A DNA stretch of 64,000 bases from Octopus sinensis (lineage: Eukaryota): the NCBI RefSeq assembly GCF_006345805.1, contig NC_043020.1:23188001-23252000 (forward strand), read 5' to 3'. Shown one piece after another: positions 12,282-26,015 of this stretch. Position 1 is the stretch's first letter; each line of letters opens with the position of its first letter. A program made the translations under genes and the position numbers. Under the pieces are notes generated by a model. That model saw nothing but the letters and a program-made list of their open reading frames with translations. It was not told where the DNA came from and searched no databases.

Positions 12282-13987
12282 AACTTAGCACTTCCACTAT
12301 TATTAATTTTTTAACTCCCTTCTTTAACTAAATATACCTGTGGTCTTCTATATTTCTAATATACAATTTATATATTTTATAATTTTATAATTTTTATAGC
12401 TACATTTGTATAATAATTAATGGATGTGTCTAGTATTATTGGTTTCTTGTTTTTTATATTGTGGTTTTTTGTTTGTTTTTAAGAGAATTGCAATATGACA
12501 TAAAATAACATATTCATTTTGGTACTTGCCTTGTAATGTGATTTTTGAAGTTTTCCAATATTGCATAGTATATTGCATAGTATAATATATATCTTGGGTA
12601 GATACCTAGCTCTGGATAATGTAATGATATTGTATAATATGTAATATATGAGAGCCTTTTGTGAGTTTGGTGGGTTTAGGTTGAGATTATAGGTTTTTTG
12701 TATGTGTTTATTTGGAAGGTTTTTATTGTATATTTGGTCTTTTTGTACTCACCTTAATTTGTATCTTATGCTATTCACTGATAAACCTTTTTCATTTTTT
12801 TCATTTTCTCATTTACATGCATATGCTTTATAATTATTACCAGCCTCTAATATTTAGTTTATATCTATAGTCTCTGGATCTGTACTTTAAACTATCCTTC
12901 CATACATATTTACTTTCAACAATATAACATATATATTCACTCTATTTATATTTTTTATTTATTTTCCATTTTATTGTAATATTATCAATTTTTGCATCTA
13001 GTCTTCTATTTATTATTTATTGCCTATTTAAGTGTAGATGTTTACATACATATCAAGTCATCTAATTTGCTACCTATTTATTTTTTACTTATTTACTTAT
13101 ACTGGGGTAGTTTTATACATACATATCTATCATTTATTTTATTTAATTTTAATAATATATGAATACATATATACTGGTTTGTACTACTTATAATTATGTG
13201 TATAACCGTATTTATTCCTTCGTATTTATTCCTTCTTATTTATTTTATCTCTTTTCATCTTAAGTCTTTATAATATAAAATTTATTTAAAATTTCTGTGA
13301 TGTTCTCATAAGCGTTTACATTAATACTTCCCCTTCTATTCTTTAATGCCTAAACTGGTATATTATGGCACTATATTTATTAAGTTAATAAGTGACTTAT
13401 TTATAATTTTAAATTAATATATATTTTATATTTTATATTTTATAATTTAGCGTACTTAAAACCATAACAAACTTACGATAAATCTAACAACCGTATGTTA
13501 CCTCTGCAACAAACCGGTGTTATAAATTTTAAGTTACCCATGAAATAAGTATCTGACTTAGTAACATACTGATATTTAAAAAATATATTTATATCTAAAT
13601 TAATATTTTATGGAAGCATGGATGGTTCTTCTTTTGTTATTGAGGCACAGTTATAATTTTGAAGGACTAAATTGTAGCATAGTTGCTTCCCTTTTTGTTT
13701 ATCTATGTGCTAGTTGTTGCTTGTAATTATGTATGTGTATAAGTGTATGTATATACATATTACTATGTGTGTATGTGCGATTGATCTGTAGATGCGTGTG
13801 TGAATATTGGCGTTCCCTGACTAACCAACCGTATAATTTTCTTTTGTGATTTAAATTTCAAACCAATAGCCAATAGAATTAATCTATATTTTCTTTACCT
13901 AGTGGTCAGCATTTCTTAACTCATAGTTATTTCGATCTTGTAAGGATGGACTTGGTGCTAACTTAACTGTATCTATTTTTTATTATA

Positions 13988-14046
<59 letters not shown>

Positions 14047-14419
14047 TATTATTATTATTATTAATAGTAATTTTTATTACTTTTATAGCTTTAGAATCTT
14101 ATGAACTGTACCACGGATTTAATTATTATTTTTCATCTCCATATATGTTAGCCTTTTTTTTTTTTTTTTTTTTTTTATATATATTAAAAAAACTATTAGC
14201 CAATATGTATAATATCGGTACTTATTGATATTAATATATACACTATTATATATTTTGTTTTATTTTGTTCTGTTTACCTTCCTTTTTTACAAATGTGTAT
14301 TATATTATATAAGTGTAGCTTTATGATGTATAAGTTTTTATATTTTACATTTTATATTTTTATATTTATATGTATATGATTGTATAATATTTTTCACTAT
14401 TATAACAAATTTAATTTAA

Positions 14420-14530
14420 TTCTCTGAAGAGGCCGTGGGCATCCTTGTTAATGCCTCATTTATACCTGCCTTTATGGCTTATAGGTTAAATGAGGTATGA
14501 CTGTCCTCACTGCCGAAACAGCTGTCAGTT
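14420..14530 (+). ncRNA. Type I hammerhead ribozyme (PLE-type) with extended stem II
   Basis: CTGAAGA (14424-14430), GGC...GCC, GAAA (14515-14518), palindromic CAGCTG, GTC cleavage triplet. An inner 12-bp stem ATGCCTCATTTA/TAAATGAGGTAT is present; stem I is short. Confidence 0.75.
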
Positions 14531-15579
14531 TTGATTATTTGCATATTATATTTGAAAATTTTTTACTTATATCTCTTTATCTTTTTACTATTACTGTATA
14601 TCTCATTCATTTTATGTATTGCCTTTACTCATATGTAATGGTGTTATTAAAGTATGGATTGAGTATCATCGGATAGTTGATGTTTTATACTGATTTAAGT
14701 ATATTTCTCCATTCTCTAATTTTGTAATATATATATATATATATATATATGTATTTATCATAGACATATATAATGGGCTTTATACATTTATTTGTGTATT
14801 ATTGATATAAATTTTCAGATATCAATTTTCTGGGTGCGTTCATGGTACAGTATAATCGATGGATTAGTTAATGCCATCGGTAATTAATGATTTGAGTAAT
14901 TGGATATGATAACATCCTCAAACGTCCCTGGTCTAACAATTAGATTAGCGATGATACATATTTAATTTAAATTACAATTGTCATTTTTCTTACTCTAATC
15001 ATAGATCTTTTACTTCTTTCTCTCTCCATATTTTTTGATGCCTAGAAGATATCCATTTATATTATTATTTATTTTCTATATCCGTCCAATTATTTTTCCC
15101 CATTTTATTTACATCGTATTTTACTTACGCTGCTTTGAGTTTCATTGGATTTATATTTCATTTATTTTGATTTGTGTAGGTTTATCTCCTGAAATTAGCG
15201 CTTGTGTAATTTATTATACCACCCTCTTTATGAACCATAGCTTCGTATACCATTTCAGCAATTCCAATGATACATAGTTGTATATTTTAGGTCTTATGTA
15301 GTCTTAGTATTAGAAAACATGTCATATATTTTAATCGTCTATTCATGAATGAATAAATCACCATGGAGAATCAACTGAAATATTACACACTCACACACAT
15401 ACAGACACACTCACATATTTATACATATTTGTATATATACACGTACATATACTATACATATATATATATCTACAAATGAATGACAACCGTTTCGTTTCTA
15501 TATACATACATACATACATACATACATACATACATACATACATACATACATACATACATACATACATAAAAAAATAATA

Positions 15580-16195
15580 AAGGCGCCCTTTTAAAGCCTA
15601 GCCAGGCTCATGGGCCCGGTTTCCCGGTATGTGTTGAAATATCGTTCAACCAATAAAATATCTTTTACAAACGAATCGCGCTCTTCGTCTTGACTGTTTA
15701 CCTTTATGAAGAGTTACGTCAATCCTTTTTAAAATATCGTTATAATTATTATTATCATTATTATTAAGGTGGCGATCGGCAGAATCGTTTGCTCGCCGGG
15801 CAAAAAGCTTAGAGGCATTTCGTCCGTCTTTACATTCTGAGTTCAAATTTCGCCGAGGTCGTCTTTATCTTTCAACCTTTTGGGGTCGATAAAATAAGTA
15901 TCAGTTGAACACTGGGGTTCACGGAATCCACTTATTCCTTCCCCGAACTTGTTGGCCATGGGTCAAAATTTGTAATCATTATCATTAAGATGGCGAGCTG
16001 GCAAAATCCATATCATACCCGTATGTGATTCCCAGCTGGACGGGACGACAGTCTATCGCAGCGTTACTCCTTTTTGCCAGCTGAGGGGACTGAGCAACGT
16101 GAAATGAAGTGTTTTGCTCAAGAACACAACGCGTCGCCTGGTCCAGGAATCGAAACCACAAACTTACGATTATGATGCTGACCCCTTAACCACTG
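15580..16195 (-). mobile_element. CORE-like SINE-D interrupted by a ~390-bp templated insertion
   Basis: 15580-15630 and 16021-16195 match the uninterrupted copy at 24790-25020 (GGGCCCGGTTTCCCGGT...GTATGTG.TTCCCA.CTGGACGG...TTGCTCAAGAACACAACGCGTCGCC). Confidence 0.75.
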
Positions 16196-16257
16196 TACAT
16201 GTGTGAAATGAAAAATATAAAATGGTGACAATTTACTTATCGTACCCTCTGTGTGTG

Positions 16258-16303
<46 letters not shown>

Positions 16304-17374
16304 CGTATGTGCAGGTGCATATATTCTGATATTGTGTTAAGTATTATAACAATATAACTCTCAGTTATATAATAGCAAATACACATGTTTTTCTTCTCAA
16401 AATTGTTTTCCCACTCTATCCAGAAATTTTGATTAATAACAACCAAATTAATATTTCAAACTGAAATTTGAGAATCAAGTAGATTTATTTAAATCCAAAG
16501 CGTAATAATAATCGATGATAAAGTTCGTTGGACGGAGAGAGAGAGAAAGAGAGCGAGAGAGAGGAAGAACAAGAGAAAGCTCTAAGGTATATCACCAAAT
16601 AGAGACACCAATTGCTTTCTCGTGTTAATAACTTCATTTCGAACGAGGAATAGTTCTCCAATTGCTGTTATTACAACTGAAACTAGATCCAAACCACTCT
16701 ACATTATCATATTCATGTACACTTGGAAAACATTTCCGTTTCTAACATCCTAATTGATTGTCAGTTTGTGTAGAGAGACGATTGCAATATTCTAGAATGC
16801 TTCTTATGCTGTTTTCAATTATCGCTCGTATTAAACGCAGCCGACACAAACATATATGCTTGCATACGGAAGGCAACGGAGAAACGAAAAATGGATACGA
16901 AGATATACAATCATAGAACGAAAGAAAGAAAGAGAGAGAGATAGATAGGTAGAGAAAGCGATAGAGAGAGAAGGGGAAACAGAATGAGAGAGTGCCATAC
17001 GTTGTTGTCGTTCTTTGAGCTAACCATGGTTATGTCCCTTTATGATGAAAACGCGACTCGCAACAAATTACTAAGGAGCTATTATAGATGTTATTACTTC
17101 GCTGGCATTTCAAGAACTTTCTTCAGATTTCATAGATATGGTTTTATTCCTTTTGCTCTTTTACTCTTTTACTTGTTTCAGTCATCTGACTGCCGCCATG
17201 CTGGAGCACCGCCGTTAGTCGAGCAAATTGACCACAGGACTTATTCTTTGGAAGCCTAGTACTTATTCCATTGGTCTCTTTTGTCGAACCGCTAAGTTAT
17301 GGGGATACAAACACACCACCATCTGTTGTCAAGCGATGTTGGTGGTACAAACACAGACACACATACATACACAC

Positions 17375-17416
<42 letters not shown>

Positions 17417-17733
17417 GAAATATGTTACAAAAAGAAAATATAAAATACACGTGGAAATGTAAGGGTAAAATATGAAAAATCAACGAAAATGCACATTGTA
17501 AATGAAAAAAAAGCTTTTTATGACAGGTAACGACAAATATATACATTTAGATGGACTGAGGTAGTAATACGAGTCATAAAAGTCATTATTATGAGATGAT
17601 AATAAGATGATAATAAAGTAAGAGAACAAAGCGAACCATGGTTTCCGCAAAAATCTATTCATCGCTTTGAAAACACCGGCTAATACACGTGTCAGGTCTA
17701 GTAGTTTCTGAGAAAAAAGGATTATATATATAT

Positions 17734-17786
<53 letters not shown>

Positions 17787-18095
17787 ATATAATATATATA
17801 TATATATATGACGGGCTTCTTTTAGTTTCCGTCTACCAAATCCACTCACAAGGCTTTGGCCGGCCCAAGGCTATAGTAGAAGACACTTGCCCAAGGAGCC
17901 ACGCAGTGGAACTGAACCCGGAACCATGTGGTTGTTACGAAGCTACATCCTACTATTTATAGATAATTTATATTAAAACTAAATTGCAAAACTAAAATAT
18001 TTGGTTTTCACCGAACACTGGTATAAACCGGAAGACTAAGATGCTAGCATCTCTTAAAGGATTATAGGTCCTTTGCACACACAACCACACACATT

Positions 18096-18126
<31 letters not shown>

Positions 18127-18616
18127 TATATATATTATATATATATATAATATATATGTATATATATATATAAAATGGCTTTTTGCCAAATTTCTTTCTA
18201 TCCACAATATAGGGGCCCTACAAATACGTTTTGGGACTGAAACCGAAACCATTTGGATGTGAAGCGAAACTTCTTAACCACATAGAATGAAATGCAAATT
18301 TGAGCTCGGCGAAATTTGAACTCAAAACGTAAAGACGGACGAATTGTCTCTTACCATTTCGCCCGGTATGCTATGGATTTTGCCAGCTCGCCATCTTAAT
18401 GATAATGATTACAAATTTTGGCCCAAGGACAACAAGTTCGGTGAAGGAGTAAGTGGATTGCGTGAACCCCAGTGTTCAACTGGTACTTATTTCATCGACT
18501 CCGAAAGGATGAAAGATAAAGACGACCTCGGCGAAATTTGAACTCAAAACGTAAGGACTGACGAAATGCCTCTTTGCTTTTTGCCCGTCGGGCAAACGAT
18601 TCTGCCGATCGCCACC

Positions 18617-18669
<53 letters not shown>

Positions 18670-18670
<1 letters not shown>

Positions 18671-19224
18671 GCCCTGATGCAGTACCAGGCAGTGGCTCTC
18701 ATGGCTTCTGATCTTAACTGATTGGAAGTGTTATCATGTACATTGTTTTGCCTTGGTATAAAAGATGGGCTACAGCAAATATTCTGCTCAATACCACAGA
18801 TTTGCTTGTCAGTTGTTTGACCTTAACCAGTTGAGCATGTCCCTTTGTGGCTGACGATATGTGCATCTCTGATCACGAGCAGAAGTAGTGGGGGAGCATC
18901 ATAGCCATGTGTTGAGAGGGATTCTTTGGGGTTTGAATAATTCACCTCTGGAAACATGGGTGGTTCTTTCAACATCCTTAAACGACCCTTATTCAGGGAC
19001 CGTTTGAGCGGGATGGGTTACTCGACCTGAAGAAAATTCTAACTGGGCCCCACCTGCAAGGTCATGTGCTGTTTATCTTGATATGAGATCACCATGTCGT
19101 GCACATATGGTTGTGATGCATGTGCCTGGTGTACCCTTATCAGATGGGTAGTCATGATGGGTATACTGGGCTTCGTATATTGTACCCCAGTGTCACTTTA
19201 ATGGCATGAACTGCTCTCTCACTC
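18670..19224. mobile_element. Unclassified ~555-bp non-coding insertion within (AAT)n
   Basis: (AAT)n on both sides; absent from the inverted paralog at 15630-16020. Confidence 0.75.
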
Positions 19225-19255
<31 letters not shown>

Positions 19256-19879
19256 TTTTAAAAGGATTGACGTAACTCTTCACAAGACGAAGAGCGCGAT
19301 TCGTTTGTAAGATATTTTATTGGTTGAAGGATATTTCGACATTAAGTCTGTCTTTGTCAAGTTCAAAATAAGAAGTGATAAAAAATCAAAATTATAGAAA
19401 TTTAAACGTTAAAGTATGAACGAGAGCAACCAGCGTCCACGCGTTGATGGAAGGACATCATCAGTTTTTAAGTTACAATTTTATAACAGGCGAAAAGAAA
19501 AAGACAGAAAGAAGACGACAGAAAAAAGAGAGGAAAGAAAAAAGAGAAGAAGTATATTTAATCAGACAGTTCTGTATATATTTGATGATATTCTCCTGTC
19601 ATCTTATTCATTCCTCCAGGGCGTGATGTTAATAATCTGCAAGCATATTTCTCCCCATGCATTATGAAAAGTGAAAGCTAAGCAGATTCGGAATATTTTC
19701 TGAGAATATGCACTTTCAAGTCTTCTTCAAAACTGCAGCCGCTTGAAACGAAAAAAATCGACCCCAGGACGTATTTTTGGTAAGCCTAGTACTTATTCTA
19801 TCGGTACTTTTGCCAAACCGCTAGTTTACATGGGCATACACAATCCAACATCGTTTGTCAAGCGATGGTATGTGTGTGG

Positions 19880-20460
<581 letters not shown>

Positions 20461-21126
20461 TATGTGTGAGTGTGTGTATAACTGGTTAAATGTGTTGGCA
20501 ACCATTAGGAGTCATTCGTGACTTTCGGCTGGGTACGTAGTTACACCTATTGACCTCTGATGATATTTCATCTGTTAACTATTGATTTCATGTAGGCCAC
20601 TGTTTATACACATTACCATCTATTTACGTCTGATCTTGTTCATTTGTCAATTCTTGTGCTTCTAGTTCGAAATTTATTTTCAACTTGATTAATGCGATTC
20701 ACTTTTACAGATTTCTATCGCTGTATTATTATAGTGTCATGTAGTTGTATGGAAGAGCTAAGGGGCAGAAAATGTGTGAGTGCTTTCGAAGTTTTAAATA
20801 TATGTTCGATAGGATGAAAAGAAAAAACGAAGGAAGATAAAGAAAAGAACAACAGCTCAACGAATAGACATGCTTTTATGAATTGTTGCAAATGATACGG
20901 CGATGGCAACACCGCAAGGAACGACTTATGAATAGATTCTTAAGAGGCTGGCAGTATTTCAGCTGGATCATCTTCCTGAAAGAAATATGCTGAGCGAGGG
21001 CATTGTGCTCGTGTTGTCATTAACGTCATGGCATCACTTATATCGGCTCCGCCATCATGAATAACCTCCTTTGAGCGCTTGACATCTGATATAGCGAAAA
21101 ACAGTAACTGCACTAGCTCGGTAAAG

Positions 21127-21204
<78 letters not shown>

Positions 21205-21205
<1 letters not shown>

Positions 21206-21373
21206 AATGTCACCGCGTGTGTACCGTTGGCGATTTTTTCCTCTGTCTTTCCTTTGGATCTTTCCTTCTATGTTTCCGACGAAGAGCTTTCCGTCTATCC
21301 TGAGCGTCCAATAATACAATATTTGTTCCACGTCCTCGCGTTGTTGTGTTTTTTTGTGCTTTCTTGTTTGGAT

Positions 21374-21377
<4 letters not shown>
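21205..21377 (+). mobile_element. Short (TA)n-associated repeat family with hammerhead-like motif (also 50992-51197 -, 54985-55160 +)
   Basis: Shared GTGTGTACCGTTGGCGATTTTTT...TTTCCGAC(G)AAGAGCT...CCTGAGCGTC.AATAATAC in three copies. Confidence 0.8.
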
Positions 21378-21416
<39 letters not shown>

Positions 21417-21906
21417 TATGTGTGTGTGTGTGTGTGTATATATAGGCGCAGGCGCGTCTTTATAGGTGCAGGTATGACTTTACAGGCACATGCAGGGTTG
21501 TGTGGTAAGAAGATATATATATATATGCTGAAACAAGTAAAAGAAAGAAAGAAGAAAAATACACACATACGCTTACACAAACATACACATATACACAAAC
21601 ATACACACATACACAAACATACACACATACACAAACATACACACATACACAAACATACACACATACACAAACATACACATATACACAACGTCCCATGTGG
21701 TAGGCTTGAAAACTGCTAAGAAATATCTCTCCTAGCAATCAAGCGAAGCCTGGTTAACGCACAAATACAAAATATATATCCACCAATGCGTTGTGGTCTA
21801 CCTCGTTCTCATTGTATAGTGGCTGTGTGGTAAGACTTCTGCCCCGACATCCGAAACTCTGAGTTTTATTATGGCAACCGACTAAATGTCACATATGTTA
21901 TATATA

Positions 21907-22457
21907 TTGGGTTGTCAGGAAAGTTCGTGCCGATTTTTAAAAGAAAGAAAAAGGTCAATAAATACTTGCCATTACATTTTTAATCAACCAAATATGAACC
22001 ATTTTGTTGCACAATGCGTCTCCATCTTTTCTTTAAATGAAAATACCCTCTTCCCAGAATTGAAGGGGTTTCATGGCGAAGAATTCATCAAGGTATCTTT
22101 TTACGTCATCCAAGAAATTGAAATTTTTACCATTAAGACTATTCTGCAGAGACCTGAATAAGTGGAAATCCGAAGGGGCAATATCTGGTGAATATGGAGG
22201 GTGGGGTAACACATCTCAGCCGAGCTGAAAAAGTTTTATCTGGTTCCCAAATCATCAAGTGCCGAAAATGAACTTTCTTATCTTCCATTTTATAGGGTTA
22301 CAGAATTAAAACAGGTTATAGGAACATAAACCTTCTTCCACGAAAAGATAGCTTAAACTGTGCCCTAAATGGAGGTGTAGTCAAATCCTTATTTTATGAA
22401 CTCAACCATGTTCTAAAATAAGTGGAAAGGTAAGCTACTATAAATCGGACAACCCAA
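21907..22457 (-). mobile_element. Internally deleted mariner (Tc1/mariner) element
   Basis: Termini TTGGGTTGTC / GACAACCCAA with TA on both sides. The minus strand encodes VLPHPPYSPDIAPSDFHLFRSLQN (YSPDL motif). Confidence 0.9.
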
Positions 22458-22679
22458 TATATATAGAGAGAGACAGATGAGTGAAACAAGTAAAAGATAA
22501 ATCAAATAACTCATCTTGATATACAACGCTGCTTTGAATCTCTTTACGTGGAAATGAAGTTTGAAAACATGTCTTTACATAAGGTCATCTTCAAAGAAAA
22601 TTCTTTGTTATAACGTTAAAGAAACAAAACCAAGCATTCGCAACAAGCTGTCTAAAGCATATTACTTCGACTTTTATAT

Positions 22680-22682
22680 TTG

Positions 22683-22723
<41 letters not shown>

Positions 22724-22920
22724 CGTGGTTGTAGTGTGGTGGTGTGGTGGTGGTGGTGGTGGTGGTGGTGGTGATGGTGGTAGTAGTAGTAGTGGTGGAT
22801 TTGGTGGTGGTGGTGGTGGCGGTAGTAGTAGTAGTGGTGGTGGTGGTAGTAGTGGTAGTAGCAGCAGTAGTAGTAGTAGCAGTAGTAGTATTAGTGGTAG
22901 TAGTAGTAGTAGTAGTAGTA

Positions 22921-22960
<40 letters not shown>

Positions 22961-22988
22961 AAGTAGTAGTATACTAGCAGTAGTACTG

Positions 22989-23022
<34 letters not shown>

Positions 23023-23080
23023 TAGTAGTAGTAGTGGTAGTAGTAGTAGTAGTAGTAGTGGTAGTAGTAGTAGTAGCAGG

Positions 23081-23112
<32 letters not shown>

Positions 23113-23125
23113 CAGCAGTAGTAGT
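22680..23125. repeat. (GTA)n/(GTG)n microsatellite
   Basis: Seen directly. Confidence 0.95.
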
Positions 23126-23364
23126 CGAAGCAACACTACTCCGTGCAGCCAAAATACAGCAGTGTCCATATGTAAAAACAAACGCATATAAAAGACTCTG
23201 GATGTCTCTCTGTTTGGTAACTTCCATTATGTCGCAGTTTACTAGAAGAAAAGAAGAAACAAAAAGACGAAAGAAAAATTCAGTAAATCTTGAATTTATG
23301 AAAGATAACCTGAAACGTGGACGTCTTTTGACGAAGTACATTACCGTTGCCAGCTGTTTTATTG

Positions 23365-23415
<51 letters not shown>

Positions 23416-23694
23416 CTTCAGCATATTCTGTTATTTTTACCCTTGATATATGTTTTCAACGTTGAACACAAGCTATTAACTTGGATTCTTTCTGTTAAAA
23501 TTGCTTTCGAAGTACATTTTTTGCAATGCAATATGGTCGGAATTGTCGTGACAGTGTCAGTTTGTTGATGTGCTGTTACGATAAATGAAAACTGTTTGAT
23601 ATATGACGAAAGCGGGGTTATTCACTTTACTGCATTTGCCTCACGTGTCAAACGTTCGCATGGCGTCCCTGCAAAAATATAATTACATATGTAT

Positions 23695-24082
23695 TCTTTT
23701 TTATTCTTTTACCTATTTCAGTCATTTGACTGCGGCCATGCTGGAGCACCGCCTTTAATCGAGCAACTCGACCCCGGGACTTATTCTTTTGTAAGCCCAG
23801 TACTTATTCTATCGGTCTCTTTTGCCGAAACGCTAAGTAACTGGGACACAAACACACCAGCATCGGTTGTCAAGCAATGCTAGGAGGACAAACACAGACA
23901 CAAACACATACATATATACGACGGGCTTCTTTCAGTTTCCGTCTACCAAATTCACTCACAAGGCATTGGTCGGCCCGAGGCTATAGTAGAAGACACTTGC
24001 CCAAGGTGCCACGCAGTGGGACTGAAACCGGAACCATGTGGCTGTTAAACAAGCTACCTACCACACAGCCACTCCTGCGCCT
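23695..24082 (-). mobile_element. Full-length tRNA-derived CORE-like SINE-B
   Basis: Head AGGCGCAGGAGTGGCTGTGTGGT..., B box GTTTCAGTCCC, CORE-like CACCTTGGGCAAGTGTCTT, tail ...GACTGAAA. Other copies at 17155-17935, 31473-31740, 33590-33750, 41530-41760, 47700-48257 and 56880-57282. Confidence 0.88.
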
Positions 24083-24596
24083 ATGTATGCAGTGGTTTTC
24101 AACTATTTTTTGCTTTTATTTATTTATTGACCCCTTCGTTTACTATTTCACTCTGGCGGACCCCATAGCGATTCGATATTTAAAGACTGATCCTAAAGAT
24201 ACACCTTTCAAAATTCCTGTCCATATTTTGTTTTTCACACATTCTCTGAGAGAACGTGTTTTATTGGCCGGAAACAGATTTAAAAACGTAATACGTTAGA
24301 GAACGAAACATAACTGGCTTCTTGCAAGAAATACATCGAAAGCCATTTTTTGACGAGTCTTTAAAACACTTCTGTAGATTTCCAATTAGCTGTTTTGCTT
24401 GCGTAAGCACCAGAAAATCATAGAGGCACCCCGGTTGAGAATTGCTGCTTTAACAGCCGACAATTTAGCCTGAAATTTACCAGATGTAATACCATCGCAC
24501 AAATAAAAATATAAACGTGACCCCTAGTCAATACAAAACCTACAACCACAAATATTTTCCGTTCTCCAAAGAGAATTCTTTTTTAGCCATACATAC

Positions 24597-24686
<90 letters not shown>

Positions 24687-24789
24687 ATATGTATATTAAT
24701 TATAATAAAGGGTTAATTGCAACAAGTTGCTCAAAACCACATACCTAAAATATTAGAAATGGCAGCCAAATAGGTCAAAATATAGATGC

Positions 24790-25020
24790 GCCTTTTTAAA
24801 GACTAGCTCATGGGCCCGGTTTCCCGGTTTCTATGGCGTATGTGTTTCCCAACTGGACGGCACGCCAGTCCATCGCAGCGTTACTCCTTTTTGCTAGCTG
24901 GGTCGACTGGAGCAACGTGAAATGAAGTGTTTTGCTCAAGAACACAACGCGTCGCCCAGCCCATGAACCGAAATCACAATCTTACGATCATGACGCTTGA
25001 CACCCTAACCACTAAGCCAG
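24790..25020 (-). mobile_element. SINE-D (uninterrupted copy)
   Basis: TGGCTTAGTGGTTAGGG A-box head; CORE-like TTCTTGAGCAAAACACTTCATTTCAC. Confidence 0.75.
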
Positions 25021-26015
25021 CCCCACCATATATATATATTTATTTATACATATAATGGAATTATGCTGAGAGTACTGGGTCGATCCTCTTGAATGTAGTG
25101 ATCCTCTAAAATGTGTAGCTTTGCACTTATGTTAGAAATAAATAAGAGGAATAGCAGTTGCTAATTTTCCTTTTGGAATTTCTGGTTTTAGTAAGGTATA
25201 TCAATTATATAGTATCTTCATGTTTCTGTTTGGAATGGCTGTTTGTTATACATCAACACGAACGAGGAAACAAAGGATGGTTCAAGCGCATGCCATTACA
25301 AGTGGCACTTGAAAGAATAATGTATTGATCCTTTCGGTAATCAACTGGTTAATCACCGAAGACAGCACGTGTTAGCTAAATGGAAGAAGGCAATACCGAC
25401 TTGTTTCTGCCGAAAAATACTGTCTAATTAGAAAACAAATAGGAGAAACAGAATGGCGAAAACATCAAAATTACGATCACGAAGCACTGAAAGAAAACAC
25501 GATTTATTGAGTCTAGTTAAAGAATACAACGAACCAGAAGCTAACGGCACACCGCCCCGTGGGGGTTGAATGCGAATGATAATTACATTACTGGAAAAAA
25601 CTGTTTGTTAATATCCCATATGATGATTTCGTTTCCGGCAACAAAGCTTGCAAATAGTCAACTACAACAATGGTATATTGAAATGTTGAGTTCGTATATA
25701 TATATATTTTTTGTTTTTGTTTTTGTCTGCTTGGCTTCCCATCGTTATACAGCTGAAAAGTAAAATTTATTCAAATTTCAAAAATGATAGAAAAGATTTT
25801 CCTCCTTACAACACTATAAGGAAAAAAACAAAATAAAGTTTCCGTGTTCATTTAAATAACATTCAAAATGTTTAATAAAAGAAAAAAAAAACAAAACAAA
25901 GAAAACCAATTTATGAGACAATATTCTTGTTTTCTTCTCTTATTTGTTTCAGTTATTTGACTGCGGTCATGCTGGAGTACCGCCTTTAGTCAAACAAGTC
26001 GACCCCAGGTCAATA

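Larger units (their letters stand above)
11273..14726 (+). mobile_element. 5'-truncated Penelope-like element (probably Naiad-type) with inverted pseudo-LTRs
   Basis: 11273-11943 is a near-identical reverse complement of 14062-14726. A GIY-YIG remnant lies between, and each arm carries a hammerhead motif. Confidence 0.85.

Noticed and set aside
21590-21690. 18-bp tandem repeat giving HKHTHI / CVCLCM ORFs
   Set aside because: (CA)n-derived minisatellite, not a metallothionein-like gene.
22652-23465. Mucin-like Thr/Pro-rich ORF with a hydrophobic N-terminus
   Set aside because: Built from (CTA/CCA)n microsatellite; no convincing signal peptide or splice context.
25150-25570. Possible piggyBac transposase C-terminal relic
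   Set aside because: Too degenerate; no clear TIR pair, TTAA target or readable motif.
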